Assembly (NCBI GenBank): GCA_965644315.1
Contig: CBFFRQ010000062.1
Location: 372,001-436,000, forward strand
Direction of reading: 5' to 3'
DNA: 64,000 nt
Origin: Caecitellus pseudoparvulus
Taxonomy: Eukaryota > Protista > Bigyra: Bicosoecida
Shown: in pieces, positions 21,420 to 33,970 of the stretch
How positions within the stretch are numbered: position 1 is the first letter of the stretch
How the letters are laid out: each line of letters opens with the position of its first letter
Translations under genes and position numbers: made by a program
Notes under the pieces: generated by a model
The model's input: only the letters and a program-made list of their open reading frames with translations
The model's database searches: none
Told to the model about the DNA's origin: nothing

Positions 21420-24400
21420 TTACTCCGCCATGCCGCCGCGGCGGGTGCGCAGGCCACGTGGGGGGCTGGACAGAGCCCCTCCTTCCCTCTGCGTGCTGGA
21501 GCGAGGGAAGGTCTCCTCTGACGTGGGCACTTGGTACTTGGGCGGGATGGGTGCCTTGGGGGACGGCGCGGACAGGGCAATGCCCTTGGCACCAGCAGCC
21601 TCCTCCTCCTCCGCCGCTGCCGCAGACCACATGACGAGGGGCACGCCAGTGAAGGCGATGATGTACAGGACACACACCACTGCAGCTGCCAGGAGCAGGA
21701 CGTCAAAGGAGTCCGTGAGGCGCGGGACGTACCCTTCCCACGCACGGCTGCGCTCATTCAGCGTGCGCAGCAGAGCCGCCAGCACCACCGCCACGCCTGC
21801 CACGACGCGGCCGTCGAAGAGCGCCGTGAGGGCGCCGTGGGGCAGGCGTGCCACCACCCACGCCTCAGACGCAGCGGCGGCCTGCATGGCGTTGGCAAAG
21901 ACAGGCGTGGATGCGGCGCCGGGTGTGGCGGAGATGTGGGCTGCCAGCTTGCCCATGATGGAGCGCAGGTGGTGCAGGAAGATGCCGTAGACGGAGTGGC
22001 GGTTGCTGGCGGCCTGGATGAGGGACACGGCCTGGCCCTTGCGGATTTTGACGACGCCCGTGAAGACTTCCGTGTTGGAGGTGAGCTTGTCCAGGGTGGC
22101 GATGGCCATGATCTGGGGGATGGCGCAGAATCGGAAGACGTCGTCGGCCTGTAGAGCAGCCAGGTATGCCAGGCAGTGCGGCACGTGGCACATGGCGTCG
22201 GCGATGAGGTGGTTCAGGCAGCCCAGGGCGCCGTCAGCCGGCACGTGGGGGTCCTCGGGGGACCCGGCACTGCCGGGGGTGTATCCAGGCGGCACGGCGG
22301 CGGCAGAGGGCCCACCCGTGCCGCGCAGGGCGGCCAGTTTGGGCGCGTACCGGCTCCACACCGACCGTGGCCAGAAGGCGCGGCCCTCCACCAGGTCCTC
22401 CAGGTAATCCCGGATGATGTTGGTCTTCTGCAGGAACAGGCCCATGTGGTTGGCCACAGCCAGGTCGGCGGCCAGGGCGGCGTCCTCGGCGCCTGACGAC
22501 ACGAACAGGCGCGTGAGGCCCTCCCCCACCAGCCCCGCGACGAAGTGGCAGTACAGGTTGTACTCCGCGAGGTCCTCCGTGCCCTCCAGCAGGTCGCGGT
22601 CGGCGAAGCGAGCCATGCCGGCGCCCATCTTGGCGCAGATGTCGGCGATGACGTCCTGGTCGCCGGGCGGCAGCTCGGCGAAGGTCGCAGCGACCTGCCC
22701 GAACTCCTCCAGCAGCGTCGCCTCGTCGCCCTGCCCCACCCCCTGCATGCACCAAGAAGGGTCTTGCAGGTACGTGTGGAAGTCGCGCAGGTGGCGCAGC
22801 TTCTCCGCTGTCCGGCCGTCGGCGAAGGCGGTCATGTCGTCCTCCACCGTGTCCAGGCCCCGCAGTACGAGGTAGAAGACGGCGATGCTGGAGCGCAGGC
22901 GGGGAGACAGCTGGCGGATGACCATGGCGAAGGAGCGGGAGACGCGCCCCAGCATGTCCTCGCACCACATGGCGGCGGGGGTGGCCGTGGCGGCGTTGAG
23001 CGGCGTCACCTTGGCGGAGGCGGACAGGCCCGTCTTGTACAGGACCGCCGCCCACACCTCATCCACGTGCATGAGCTGGGACAGGGCACCCTCGGAGTGC
23101 GTCACCACCTTGCCGTAGGCGCCCTGCTTCTTGCCTTCGTCGCCCAGCGCCTCGGTGGGCGCCTGCACGGCGCCAGGGGCGGCAGCGGCAGCACCTGCGC
23201 CGGCGCCAGCTGGGATGCTTTTGAAGTGGGCCTGCGTCAAGCGGGTGGCCAGGGCGGGCACGCCGCGGCTGTCGGGGTCCCGGGCGGCGTGGGCGTCCAC
23301 AGCAGCCTCTGCCGCCTTGGCGTCCCGCATGACGTCGGCATGGGGGGGCAGTGTGTAGGGGGGCGTGCCGAAGCGGTGGATCGTGTGCAGCTCCACGATG
23401 GGGGCGAGGTCCCCCCCCGCCAGCGTGGCCCACCATCGGTACAGCATGGTGCGCTCCATGCACTTGAACCAGGGTGCGACGAGGGTGCCGTCCGTCTCTG
23501 ACGCGTGCACCCACTGTGCCATTTCCGTGGGGGTGAAGGCGCGGACGCTGTCCACTTCGTTGGGGTTGGGTGCCAGGCGGGGCATGGTGGGTGGCACGGC
23601 GATGAGGATGTGGTCAATCTCGTGCTCCGCCCACAGGTTCTCGGGGTCGTTGGCAGGCGCCATGTAGTGGATGCGGGTGACGAAGTGGAAGCAGGACAGC
23701 GGCACGTCCTCGGGGGGGATGCCCAGTTCCTGCTGCAATTTCCGCACTGCCGCCCGCTTGACGCCCAGCGCATCCACCGGCTCCAGCTCCGCGTCAAAGT
23801 GCAGGGGGTGGGAGCAGCACGTGTTGGCCCAGTAAGCAGGGAAGGTGACCTTGGAAGCAGCGCGCTGCGGGGGCGGAAGGGGGAGTGGGGCTGGCCGTGA
23901 GGGTGGCTTGCGCACGTCAGAGCGGCGCCGGCGCCACAGGCGCTGGGAACACAGGACTCCATGGAGAACAGCATGATGTTCCACAGGCAAAGCAGCAGGC
24001 GCCAGCAACTCGGGGGCCCACGCGTGCGTTGCCGGCCCAGGGGGGGGTGTGATGCGCCCCCCCCGGAAACGGCGGCGGTGTTTCTTTGCACGCACCTGCT
24101 GCAGGATGAGCTTGCCCTCGGGCGTGAAGAGGAAGACAGAGAAAGCACGGTGCAGCATGCCATCTTCGACGTTCTTCAGCACATGTGCTGCGGGCGGCGA
24201 GCGGGGTGCAGGCTGGTGTGGGGCATTCCAACCGAACGAAGCTGGGCGAGACACGCACACTCCTTCTTGCTGGCGTGTCCAATGACGACGTCGTTGTTGT
24301 CCACCAAGATGACACGCTCAGCCATCATGGCGGCCTGCTGCCCATCAGCAGCAGCCAGCGCCGCGTCAGCCTGCGAGTGAGGCAGGTGTGCATCAGTTGG

Positions 24401-24452
24401 CGTTTCGCCTTGCAGCTCGTGGCTGCAGAGCAATGGGCCAAACACTCACCAT
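21420..24452 (-). CDS. IDI-SQS: Bifunctional isopentenyl-diphosphate isomerase (type 1) / squalene synthase fusion; exons 24452-24450, 24370-24259, 24187-24096, 23864-21420
   Basis: IDI motifs: ILVDNNDVVIGHASKKE, LHRAFSVFLF, WANTCCSHP, EHEIDHIL. SQS motifs: VSRSFAMVI, YLVLRGLDTVEDD, YCHFVAGLVGEGL, GLFLQKTNIIRDYLED, FCAIPQIMA, VKIRK. C-terminal transmembrane segments. The IDI-SQS junction lies inside one exon. Confidence 0.96.
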
Positions 24453-24802
24453 GGCGGGGGCGAAGGAAGGCAAGCAGTGGCAGTGCTCTGGGCACTGTGT
24501 CGAAGGAAGGGCCTTGGAGCAACGTGCAGACGACCAAGGGCGACTGCTAGCGTGCTTCGGAGCGCAATGAAAGGTGCTGCCTGCAGGTGCAGTGCACCTG
24601 CACTGGCCAGGGGGGGGGTGCAGGGGGGGGGATGCCAACCCCCCCTTGTCCCGTGCTCGCTCTGCCTGCACCCGACACATCCCTCGCGCACGAACCGCTC
24701 CGCGCAGGGCACGAGCTTGACCCACGCTCCTGTGCTGGCCACCAGCCTCTGCCAGCTTAGCAGGGCAGCTGGCTTGGCAGCGCAAGGCGGCACCGCTCAG
24801 GC

Positions 24803-26381
24803 ATGGCACAGGAGGGTGACGGCGGGGGCAGCCCCAAGTGGGACTCCGCCCTCACGGAAGACGCCCTGAAAGTCGTGCCCAGCAACATAATCTCCCTCGT
24901 GGACGGCGCACCAGTCCGTGAGTGTGAGCTGGCCCGCCGCTGGCAGCGGCTGCTGAGGTGCAGGTGGTGGTGTGAAACGCCCGCCGCCGCCGTCCCTACG
25001 GAACCCTGCAGCGCCCTCTGCTCACGCCCCTCGTTGCTGCCTTGTGCAGAGGAGAAAGAACAGCTCATGAACCGCATCCAGGTGTTGGCAGCAGAGCGCT
25101 ACGATGCTCTGGCACGCGCCTTTTTCCAGCGCCGGTGGGCTGCGGCCTCCCTGGCAGCGCTGCAGGATTACCAAGAGCGCGCAGCTAACGTGCGCTTCAC
25201 GGTGCGTCCCGCCTGCTGACCAAGTGCGCATCTGGTGCTTACCGCCCTTATCTTGCTGCTCTCGCGCCTTGTCTGCTCGCTCGGTGTCCTGGCATCGCGC
25301 CACGCTGCCCGCCCGCTTTGAGCCGCTGCTGCAGTGCCGCTGTTCACGGCAAGGCCTTGCACTGCCAGCGGCACAGCACGCCCCTCCACTCCTGCGCCCG
25401 CCACAGGAGTCTGTAGAGAAGCTTGTGGACGAGTGGGCTGCATCACAGCCTGCAGTGCGGGCTCCGAAGGGGGAGGGCAGCGCTAGCCGTGGCGGCAGGC
25501 AGCGCCGCCAACCAAAGCGCAGTGCAGCTGCCACCACAGGGCCGGCGGCCAGCACTGGCACGGAGGCAGGCTCTGCTGCCTCCAGCCGGTGGACCTACGC
25601 CCACAAGTCCCCCTTGGAGTTTGCACTGTCCCCAGTCGAAACGCTCGCCGACCTGAAGGCCATGCACATCGATTGGAAGGTGCGAGCGCGGAAATTCGCC
25701 ACGCTGCCAACACGCCCTGACATCCCTGTGGAGGTGAAGCGGGACAGTGCGGCACTAGGGCGCTCCAGCGCGGCACGAGTGCCGCCTGGCGTCGCTTCAG
25801 GCAATGTCCTGCACATCGCAGGGCAGGTGCTGACCCCCGGCGACGACGTCGTCATCGTGGCCACGCTGTCGGCGGAGGAGTTCGTGGCACGCCTGCTGCG
25901 GGTCACCCACGCGGAGGCCGTCGTGGGGCTGCCTGACGGCTCCAAGGCCCGCATCCCCACCCTGCACCTGCGCCGGGGACGCTTCACCATGACCAAGCTC
26001 ACCACCCCTGGCTTGCCCTCTCTCGGACCAGCCAACGACAGCCCAGCGACGCCGGCACCCCCCCCCACGTCTGCTGCGCCCCCTTCCCTGCCGCCTGCTC
26101 CGGCCAGCCAGGCCTCTGCCACCACGACCAGCTCGTCACAGGGGCACCCCCCTCGAACGACTAGTGGACCCCCCCCCTCCTCCCAAACACCCCCCTCCAG
26201 CTCAGCCGCTGGCGGGTTGACCCCTGCCGTGCAGGCAGCCATGGAAGCTGCAGCCAGGGCAGGGGGCGCCCTGGCACCCCCCCTCGCCTCTGGCGGCACC
26301 AAGCGTGTGCGTGAGGTGGGGGGTGGCGGGGGGCAAGCCAAGCGCCCACGAAGCGGCAGCTCAGGCAGCCATGTGGTGTGA
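24803..26381 (+). CDS. Sds3/BRMS1-like Sin3-HDAC complex subunit; exons approx. 24803-24917, 25050-25201, 25407-26381
   Basis: N-terminal helical region, then LEFALSPVETLADLKAM (Sin3-interaction-like). GNVLHIAGQVLTPGDDVVI...DGSKARIPTLHLRRGRF resembles the Sds3 capped Tudor domain. Introns are phase-consistent. Confidence 0.65.
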
Positions 26382-26389
26382 GCGGCGCC

Positions 26390-26399
26390 CAATGCATTA
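26390..26399. terminator. Candidate bidirectional 3'-end signal CAATGCATTA between convergent genes (example of the recurrent AATGCA motif)
   Basis: Reads CAATGCA on + (8 nt after stop 26381) and TAATGCA on - (22 nt after stop 26422). The same motif recurs after about 15 stop codons in the window. Confidence 0.55.
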
Positions 26400-26421
26400 G
26401 GTTTTCCGAGCCCCGCCCTGC

Positions 26422-28096
26422 TCACCCCTCTGACCGGACGAAAGAGATGTCGCCCTGCGGCACCGTCACCACCTCGCCGTCAGACAGGTCGGACGCTTCA
26501 CCAGCGGCCACTTCCCCAACGCTCAGCACGTCATCCAGCGGCACAAAGTGCCCAGAGTCCCCTGCCCGGAGGTACCCGGCGGCACGCCCCCCATACACTG
26601 CCGGGACACGGCCCGCCTGCTCCTCCCCGGCGATGAACGCGTCCAGGGTCATGAGGTGTGACGAGTCGGTTTCTGGCGGTCCCTCGGACGAATGCCCTGA
26701 CTCGCCGCCAGATGAGTACTCTTCCCACATTTCAGAGACAGGGGCATCGGGCTGAGGTGGAGCTGGTGCTGGCGCGGGAGCCGCCTTGCGCGCCAGGGCC
26801 TCCAGAAGTGCGGCATGCAGCTCTGCCTGCGCGGCTTGCAGCTCCGCCAAGCCCTCGGCCACCACGCCGCCAACGTGCTGCCCGACTGCGCCTGCTGCCG
26901 CTGCAGCCATCGCTGCGCCGCCACTCGGGCCATCCCCCGTGCTGGCTGTGAGGGACAGTTCAGAAATGGCCTTGAGGATTTCCTCTGCGGTCTCCTGTGT
27001 CCGCGCTGCCTTGGCGTTCAGCGTGGTGTGTGTTGCCACTTGGCGTGCTCGCAACGCAGCGGCATCTTGCGCCGCAGCGGAGCGAGCTGCACCTTGCTCT
27101 GCGTGCAGCTCCACCATGGAAGCACCTAAACTCTGCAGCATGGCCATGATTGCCGCGCCATCCAAGCACTGCTGGGGCTGCGCAGGGGCTGGTGCCGGTG
27201 GCTGAGCCAACGCTGCTGTCGCCAGCATGGCCAAGATGTCCGCGTCCGAAACGCCGGTGGGCGCTGCCGGTGCAGGGGATGGAGCAGGGGGCTCCCGCGC
27301 CGCCAGTGCTGACACTTGCTCTTGCAGCCCCCGAATGGACTCCAGCAGCTGTGGGTCAGGTGTCGGTGGGGGTGCTGAGTGCACTGTGATGGTGGTGGGG
27401 GCAGCTGCTGGCTGAGGTGGAGGGGTGGCTGGCGGCACCACCGTCAGGGACGGCACAGACACAAAAGAAGGCTGGGTAGGCGGCGGCTGGTACACTGCCA
27501 CTGGCCCGTAGGTTGCGGGCTCTGGTGTCCGGGCCACTTTGCGTCGGCGTGTCGGTCGAGAGCTCATGGTGAAGCTGCCGGTGAGGGGCGCTGGCACGTG
27601 CTTCTGGGCAGGTGGTGGCGGGGCCGGCTTGTCTTCCGCTTCTGGAAAGGTGTTCAGACCGGCCAGCCCCAGTGGGCGCAGCGTCCCGCTGCGTTGCGGC
27701 AGTGCAGGGCCTGCCAGTGTCAGCGAGTTGGGCAGGGCGTTTCCTGGGAACGCCAGCAGTGGCACCATGCCCCGTCGTTTCCGACGGGCGGAGCGCGTGC
27801 TGCGCACAAACTTGTCGAATCGCTCAGGTGTTGTGGGTTCCACCGGGGTTTGCGCGCTTGTTCCCGTGCGGGCTGTCCCTTGTCGTGGGGCAGCAGTCAA
27901 AGTTCGCCTGCCGTTGCGCTGCACGCCATGGCGTGAAACGGCAGTCGTGAAGCCGCTCATGGCTGCGGCGTTCACAGTCGCATCTGCAGAGCAGGTGCAA
28001 GGAAAACATGCAATTTTACAGTATGCCTGGCTGCACTAGCTCCAGCACTGCGTCCTGCTCACCTAGCTCTCCGTACAGCTCGTGCAGGGCCGTCAT
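26422..28096 (-). CDS. Hypothetical Pro/Ala-rich coiled-coil protein; exons 28096-28063, 27983-26422
   Basis: 517-aa open frame. Intron 28062-27984 (GTGAGC..CTGCAG) links ATG 28096 in phase. Acidic C-terminal tail (DLSDGEV). Confidence 0.65.
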
Positions 28097-28256
28097 GCTG
28101 TGCGATGGTGCTGCAGCGGTGGACACGTTGGTGCGCCAAGCCTGACCTGGCGAGCAGTGTGGTGGCCGGGCAAGGCTACTGGCAGGTGCATTACACTCTG
28201 GGTGGAATTGATTTACCCGGTAGCCCTGTGTGTGGGCTGCAGCAGCCACGCTGGTG

Positions 28257-31200
28257 TCACCCTCGGGATATAGTGGAGTGCACGTGCATGCGAGCCGACT
28301 CCCTCACTGTGTCCACTGGCGCCACGCCGACGGAAGGGAGGTCTGGCAGGCTACGAGGGGGGGCAAAGCGCATGTGCATGAGGGGGGGCGCATCCAGAGC
28401 GCTCAGCCCCTCGCTGCCCTGCACCCCCGCCGGCACAACCGCGGAAAACGGCCGGGGCAACGCCCCGCGCACCAGCAGCACCAGCTCCTCAAACGTGTGC
28501 AAGGTGACGGGTGCCAGTGTGCGGATGTCTGTCAAGGCGGTTTCGCTGCCTGGCAGGGCAGGGGGCAGCCCCGCTGCCTGCAGGGTTTGAGCAGGCGCCA
28601 CGCCGGCCGTCTCCCCCGCCTCTGCAACGTGCTGCAACGCCGCGTCACGCTGCATGCAACGCAGGAGGTGGCTCACCAAGTCGCACTGGGCCCAAATGCC
28701 CTCCTGGTTCAGCAGCACCGTCACAGCGGCCCCGGCCAGCAGCAACCCGTGGCCAAACTCCCCCAAATCCCGGTCTCGCACACCTGCCACGCCGGCAATG
28801 CCTGAGAACACCGACACTGCCAGGAGGGCTGACCACACCCGGTGCCAGGAGTCGGAGTACCCCCCGAGGCCAAACGACACCACCCGCTCCTCAGCCGATG
28901 CAAGGGGGTCGGAGCCAGCCCCTGCCGCCACACTGGGCTGCCCGTCGACACCCTCCTCGTACAAGGCTTGGCCCACAGCCACCAGCGCCTCAGTCAGCAG
29001 GGGCACGTCGAACTTAGTGCTGCCCAGGACACTGGCCGCCGTCGCGGCGTCAGCTGGCAGCGCAGGCCCCGCACAGCTGCCGAGTACCCGTGCTGCCGCC
29101 CTGTCCGCCACATGTGCGGCAGCGGCCGTGATCTCCATGGGAGCCAGGACACTGCTGCGATCAGCTGCCAGGGCACCGTCAGCACCACCCACGGCAGCCA
29201 GCCCCAGGGAGCCCTTTGCGACAGAGGGGGGCAGGGCCAGTGGGCCCATGGTCAGGAAGGTGTTCATGTCTGCCCGGTGCAGTGCGCTGCCCAGGAGGTG
29301 CAGCAAGGCCAGTGCGTTGCCCATCTCGCGCAGGTTCTGGAACACACGTGGCCGCAGGGCAGGCCACGACACGAGGTTCTTCAGGCGTTCGCGCATGACC
29401 TGCAACTGCATGCCTGCACCAATGGCATAGTCAGGCAGGCTGGTGGGCGGCAGGGCCTGTAAAATGGCGAACACGTCCCGGCCGAGGCGGGAGCGCGCCA
29501 CTTCACAGGCCACTTGCCGCGTCAGCTGCTCAGACAGCACTGCAAGCTGCTGCACGGACAGGAGGCGCACGATGGCGCGGGCGTGGGTGGGCCCCAGGAA
29601 CGCACGACGCGAGGTCGTGGCCGCGACCATGACCTCTGCCAGCGGCTCCGGCAGCATGGCGTAGTACCGCCGGTGCGTGTCCGGGCGCTGGCCACGGTCC
29701 CGCGCCTTGCGTGCGGCAGGCGTGAAGCCCTTCGCACGCACGAAGCGGTGTGTGACGGCGTTCCACACGTAGTTGGGCACGACGTCGTCGACTAGGTAGA
29801 TGAGGAGAGCCGAGAACAGCCGGCTGCGTGAGGTGAGGAGGCTCACGCCACCCCCCCCTTCACTGCCCTCCGCCTCCACCACCAGCACCTGCCAGGGTGG
29901 CAGTCCAACGGCATGTGTGCTGAGGCTGGCGTGGGCAGCCTGCAGGATGCTCAGGCCGGTCGCGTAGTCTGCGATGCCCTCAGGGGCATCGTCTTCCACC
30001 GCTCGCACGAGGCGGTCCAAGTCCGGGCGCAGGTGGTTGGCCAGGATGGTGCGCATGATTTCGCGGCCGACGTCCACTGGCGCACGCCCCACCAGTGGTA
30101 CAGCGTGTTCTTGCAGCAGGTACTCCAAGCCACAGGCCTGCTGCTGCAGGGAGTGCCGGGGCAGGGCGCCCATGCCCACCGCTTCAGGTTGTGTTGAGGT
30201 GGGCTCATCCGCCCCGAACACTCCGCCCCAGCGACCTCCTGCACCGGCCAACGTGGCCAAGTGCTCATCCCACACAGCCGCCGCCTCACCACTGATGGTG
30301 CTACGTGCAGCTGCCACTTTGGCTGTCGTGTAGATGCTGGTGGCGGCGTGCTGCACAAACTGCTCCAGGGCCATGGCGGCCTCAGCCTCAATCTCCGCAA
30401 ACAAGTGCGCCGTGCGGGCATTGTGCAGGGCGTACGCAGCTGCGTCATTGTACAGGTCCAAGGCGTGCAGTGCCGAGGCAGCGGCGTGCGGTGCGCCCAC
30501 CTCCAGCGCGTGCTTGGTGACCATCCACGGCATGGACGTGCGCAGGGGAAACTGCACACGTTTGTCAATGCTCAAGTGCATCTCACGGAACCACAGGGAT
30601 GCCAGGCTGCGCTGCAGGGCCAGCGCCGTGCCGCTTGCGTTCAGCAGGTGGGGGTACGTGTCCAGGTTTGCAGCAAAGGCACGCATGCGTGCGACTTTCT
30701 CTGCCCGAATGAGCTTGGCCGAGAACATGGACCCGGATGCGGAGAACTTCGATGTGGGGTCCACGATGGCCTCAATGAAGGCTTGCAAAGCCACACGCTG
30801 GGCGGTGCCTGGGCCCACCAGCCGCCCTGGAGGCACCCCCTTTGGCTCTGTGCCTTTCGTGGAGTGTTGCTTGCGCGACTGGGCGGCGGTGAGGTACTCG
30901 CTCTCCTGCCGGGAGGTGTCGCCCCTGGACTCCTGAAACGCCGACAGCCACTCTGCAGCCACACTGCGCAGGTCCAGCAGCACGCCCTCCATGTACTTGT
31001 CCCCAGAGCGCACAGCCTTGGTCAGCTGGTCCGTCACCAGCCCGTGCACAAAGTACTGCACTCGCGAGTGCGCCTCGTACCGCAGCACAGGGTCCAGCAG
31101 GGGGCAGGCCTCCTGCACGGCACTGGCTGTGGTTTTGATGGCAGTGACAAAGTCCAGCAGCACTGTCAGTTCCTCTGGGCTGTAGTTCTCCCGCGTCGCT

Positions 31201-33095
31201 CGCTCGAAGGCAAAGGAGGAGCCGCCGCCCCCCCCAGCCTGCAGCTGGAACTTCGCGGCACTCTGAGCCAGAACGGAATCAGTCCAGCCCCCCAGCGCCG
31301 TCAGCACGGCATGCACCGCCTTCCACGCTTCCCCCACAGCCCCGGCATCGGGCGCCCCGTCCTCCATCTCATGCCCCGGCCGCACTTTCAGCGAGCCGTG
31401 ACCTGTGGAGGTGTTGGCCGCCCCCGCCCCTGTGCCCGTGCCGCTGTGGATGTACACGCGTTTGGAGTCCGTCAGAGGCTGCTCCGCTTTGACTCGGGCC
31501 ACAGCCCGGGCCAGCTGTGTCATCACCTGCACGTGCTGCGTGCGCATGGCCGCCCACTTGCCAGGCAGCAACATCGCCTCCAGCGCGCTGCGGCGTTCGA
31601 CAGGGCTGCCCAGGAACGCCTCCGTTTCCTCTGGCCACAACTGCAGGCTGAGCAAGTTCCGCAGCACGAAGCGTGGCTGCAGGGCGAGGTCCCCAAAGAT
31701 GGGCACGACGGGGTGTGCCTTCAAGACGGCGGCCGCGGTGGACACGTTGAAGGCCTTGCTGGTCAGGATGCTGCCGTCCTTCTTGGGGTTCTCCACCTGG
31801 GGCAAGTTGGTGTTCAGTGCGGCGGTGTGTGGCACGAACTGCGCCCCAGTGGGCTGGTCCAGCACCAGCAGCCCCATGGCCAAGGCCAGCACCAGAGCGT
31901 ACCGGTCTGCCTGCAGAACGGGCGCACCAGGCCCGCCGGCCAGAGCGCCAAGGATGAAGTTGACCAAGGCAGTGACAGCGGCCAAGGCGTCGTCCTTGAC
32001 GACGCCAGTGAAGGCAAACACTTGCTCACGCAGGAGTGCCAGGAAGAAGCCCATTCCGGGCAAGTCCTTTCCTAGGCCGTCCAGCTCTCCGGCACAGTTT
32101 TCCTCAGGTGTTAAATCAGGGCATGCAGCCATGGCCCTGAGAAGGAGAAGAGCAGGGGCGCGTGTGATTGGATGCAGGGCGAGGCAAGCTGTGCTGTCGG
32201 CGGGGTGACTGCCACGTACTTGCGCAGGGTGGACAGCTCGTTGAGCACCGCCCCCTTCATGCCCTTGAGCACTTCCATGACGACAAAGTTGCTGAAAATG
32301 TGGGCCAGGTTGAGGTACACTGCTGTGGGCACGACACGGTGCTTGCGGGGCGCGATACTGGCCAGCGCGTTGGCCGTGGCCGACGCTGCGTTGCGCAGGA
32401 ACTGCACCATGTTCATGACACGGCGCACTCGGGGCAGGAGCGTGTCCACCGTCACGCGGTTCAGCGACCCCTCAAACGCCTTCACTTCAGCGTCAATAGG
32501 GCGCTTCTCCTCGATGGCCGCTGCCTGCTGTGCAAGGGCTGCCTCGGAGGGCTTGCTGCCAGCTCGCTGTGCTTCCCGCACCGCCTCAGAAGCTTCGTCC
32601 AGAGCTGCCTGCGCCGCCGACCTGCGCTCCCGGAGCTCCTCAGGCAAGGAGAGCGGCGGAATGGCACATGCGGCATTGCGGTAGGTGTACAGCATCCCTG
32701 TGCAAAGCAGCGGGGGGCGCCGAGTGTGTCGGAGTGAGCACATGGGTGCTGCGCTGCCTGGCTCACGGGAGTACCCGGCACCCTCCTCAGCCACAGCCGA
32801 CAACTGCAGCACCAAGTCCAGCATGGCAGTCATGTGTGGATCTGCGGGGAAGATCCCCTTGCCCTCAGGCACCTGTGTGGGACCCGGCTTGGGTGCGCCG
32901 TGTCGCGAGCTCGGCGCTCCCCCGGTCGCTGCGACTGCTCACCATCTTGCCTCTTCCCTGGCCAGGTTCGTCCACCTTGGAGTATGGAAAGGACACTGCA
33001 GCAGCGGGCAAGCTGTACACGCCAACGCCGCCCTGTGCCTCACCGCGCAGGGCGGTGAGTGCGTCAACTGCTGCGCTCACGTTGGCGTTGGCCAT
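28257..33095 (-). CDS. CYFIP: CYFIP/Sra1/PIR121 subunit of the WAVE regulatory complex; exons 33095-32943, 32872-32767, 32697-32220, 32136-28257
   Basis: EEGAGYSRMLYTYRNAACAIP, VVPIFGDL, FERATRENYSPEEL, LASLWFREMHL..RVQFPLRTSMPW, LDLYNDAA, EIEAE and VFQNLREMGNA are FragX_IP family motifs. Confidence 0.92.
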
Positions 33096-33555
33096 GTTGG
33101 GCGTGGCGAGTGGTTTGCGTGGCGCCTGCCGCCCACGCCAGGCGGACTCTTAGACTAAGAGATGGCAGCCAGGGTGAGTAAGACATAGGCATCACCTGCC
33201 AGCTGTAGTTTGTTTTTGATAAGATTAGTCAGGTGCCGCCGGTGCAGTGTATTCGACCGCTACACGATATGGCAGGCGGGAGCTGTGTTTGGGGGCGGGA
33301 CAAAAGGCTGTGTGTTACCGGCAAGTGCTGTGGAGCACTATGTGGGGGTGTGCACACCCCGCACAGCCCCTTTCCTGCTGCCCCCGTTTCCCGCGATGCG
33401 TCTCAGGCGCCACACAACGCCAAATTACCACCACCACAGCGGCTCGCAGAATCCGCAAGGAAACACACGCACCTTCCACGAGTCACCCGAACCTGTGCAA
33501 GGAGCACGAGACACCTTTCCTGTGCCATTGCCTCTGTCGCGCCCTGTGGGATACC
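33096..33555. promoter_or_regulatory. Probable bidirectional promoter between CYFIP (-) and COA3-like (+)
   Basis: 460-bp head-to-head interval with a locally T-rich tract (gtagtttgtttttgataag). Confidence 0.5.
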
Positions 33556-33906
33556 ATGGCATTCAGGGCCAGTGTGGCCAGGTTAGCACGCGCCAGCGTG
33601 AAGATGCGGGAAATGCCCCTGCCCAGCGCCCAGGAGTTCAACCCGCCAGTGGCAAAGAATGCAGTGCTGGGAGCAGTGCTCTTTGGCCTCGTGGGTGGCG
33701 TGTACTACATGACGGTGCACCGCATGCAGGAGCAGGTGAGGGTGTTTTGCTGGCGTTTCGCGGCGTATCACCCACACCTCAGCGAGCCCGCGTTGTGAGC
33801 GCAGGATGCCGTGGCGGCCATCGAGGAAGAGATGGCACAACTAGAGAAATTCTCCACCTCACCGATGGAGGCTGCAGCGGAGGCCGCGAAAGCAAACAAG
33901 CAGTGA
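33556..33906 (+). CDS. COA3: Cytochrome c oxidase assembly factor 3-like small mitochondrial membrane protein; exons 33556-33735, 33805-33906
   Basis: Arg/Ala-rich presequence-like N-terminus, single TM KNAVLGAVLFGLVGGVYYMTVHRMQEQD, acidic coiled tail. 69-nt GT-AG intron. Confidence 0.7.
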
Positions 33907-33970
33907 CACCGGCGACGCCGTCCCGGCCAGCACAATGCATCTGACGTGTACATTGTGCCCTGCCCGCTGG

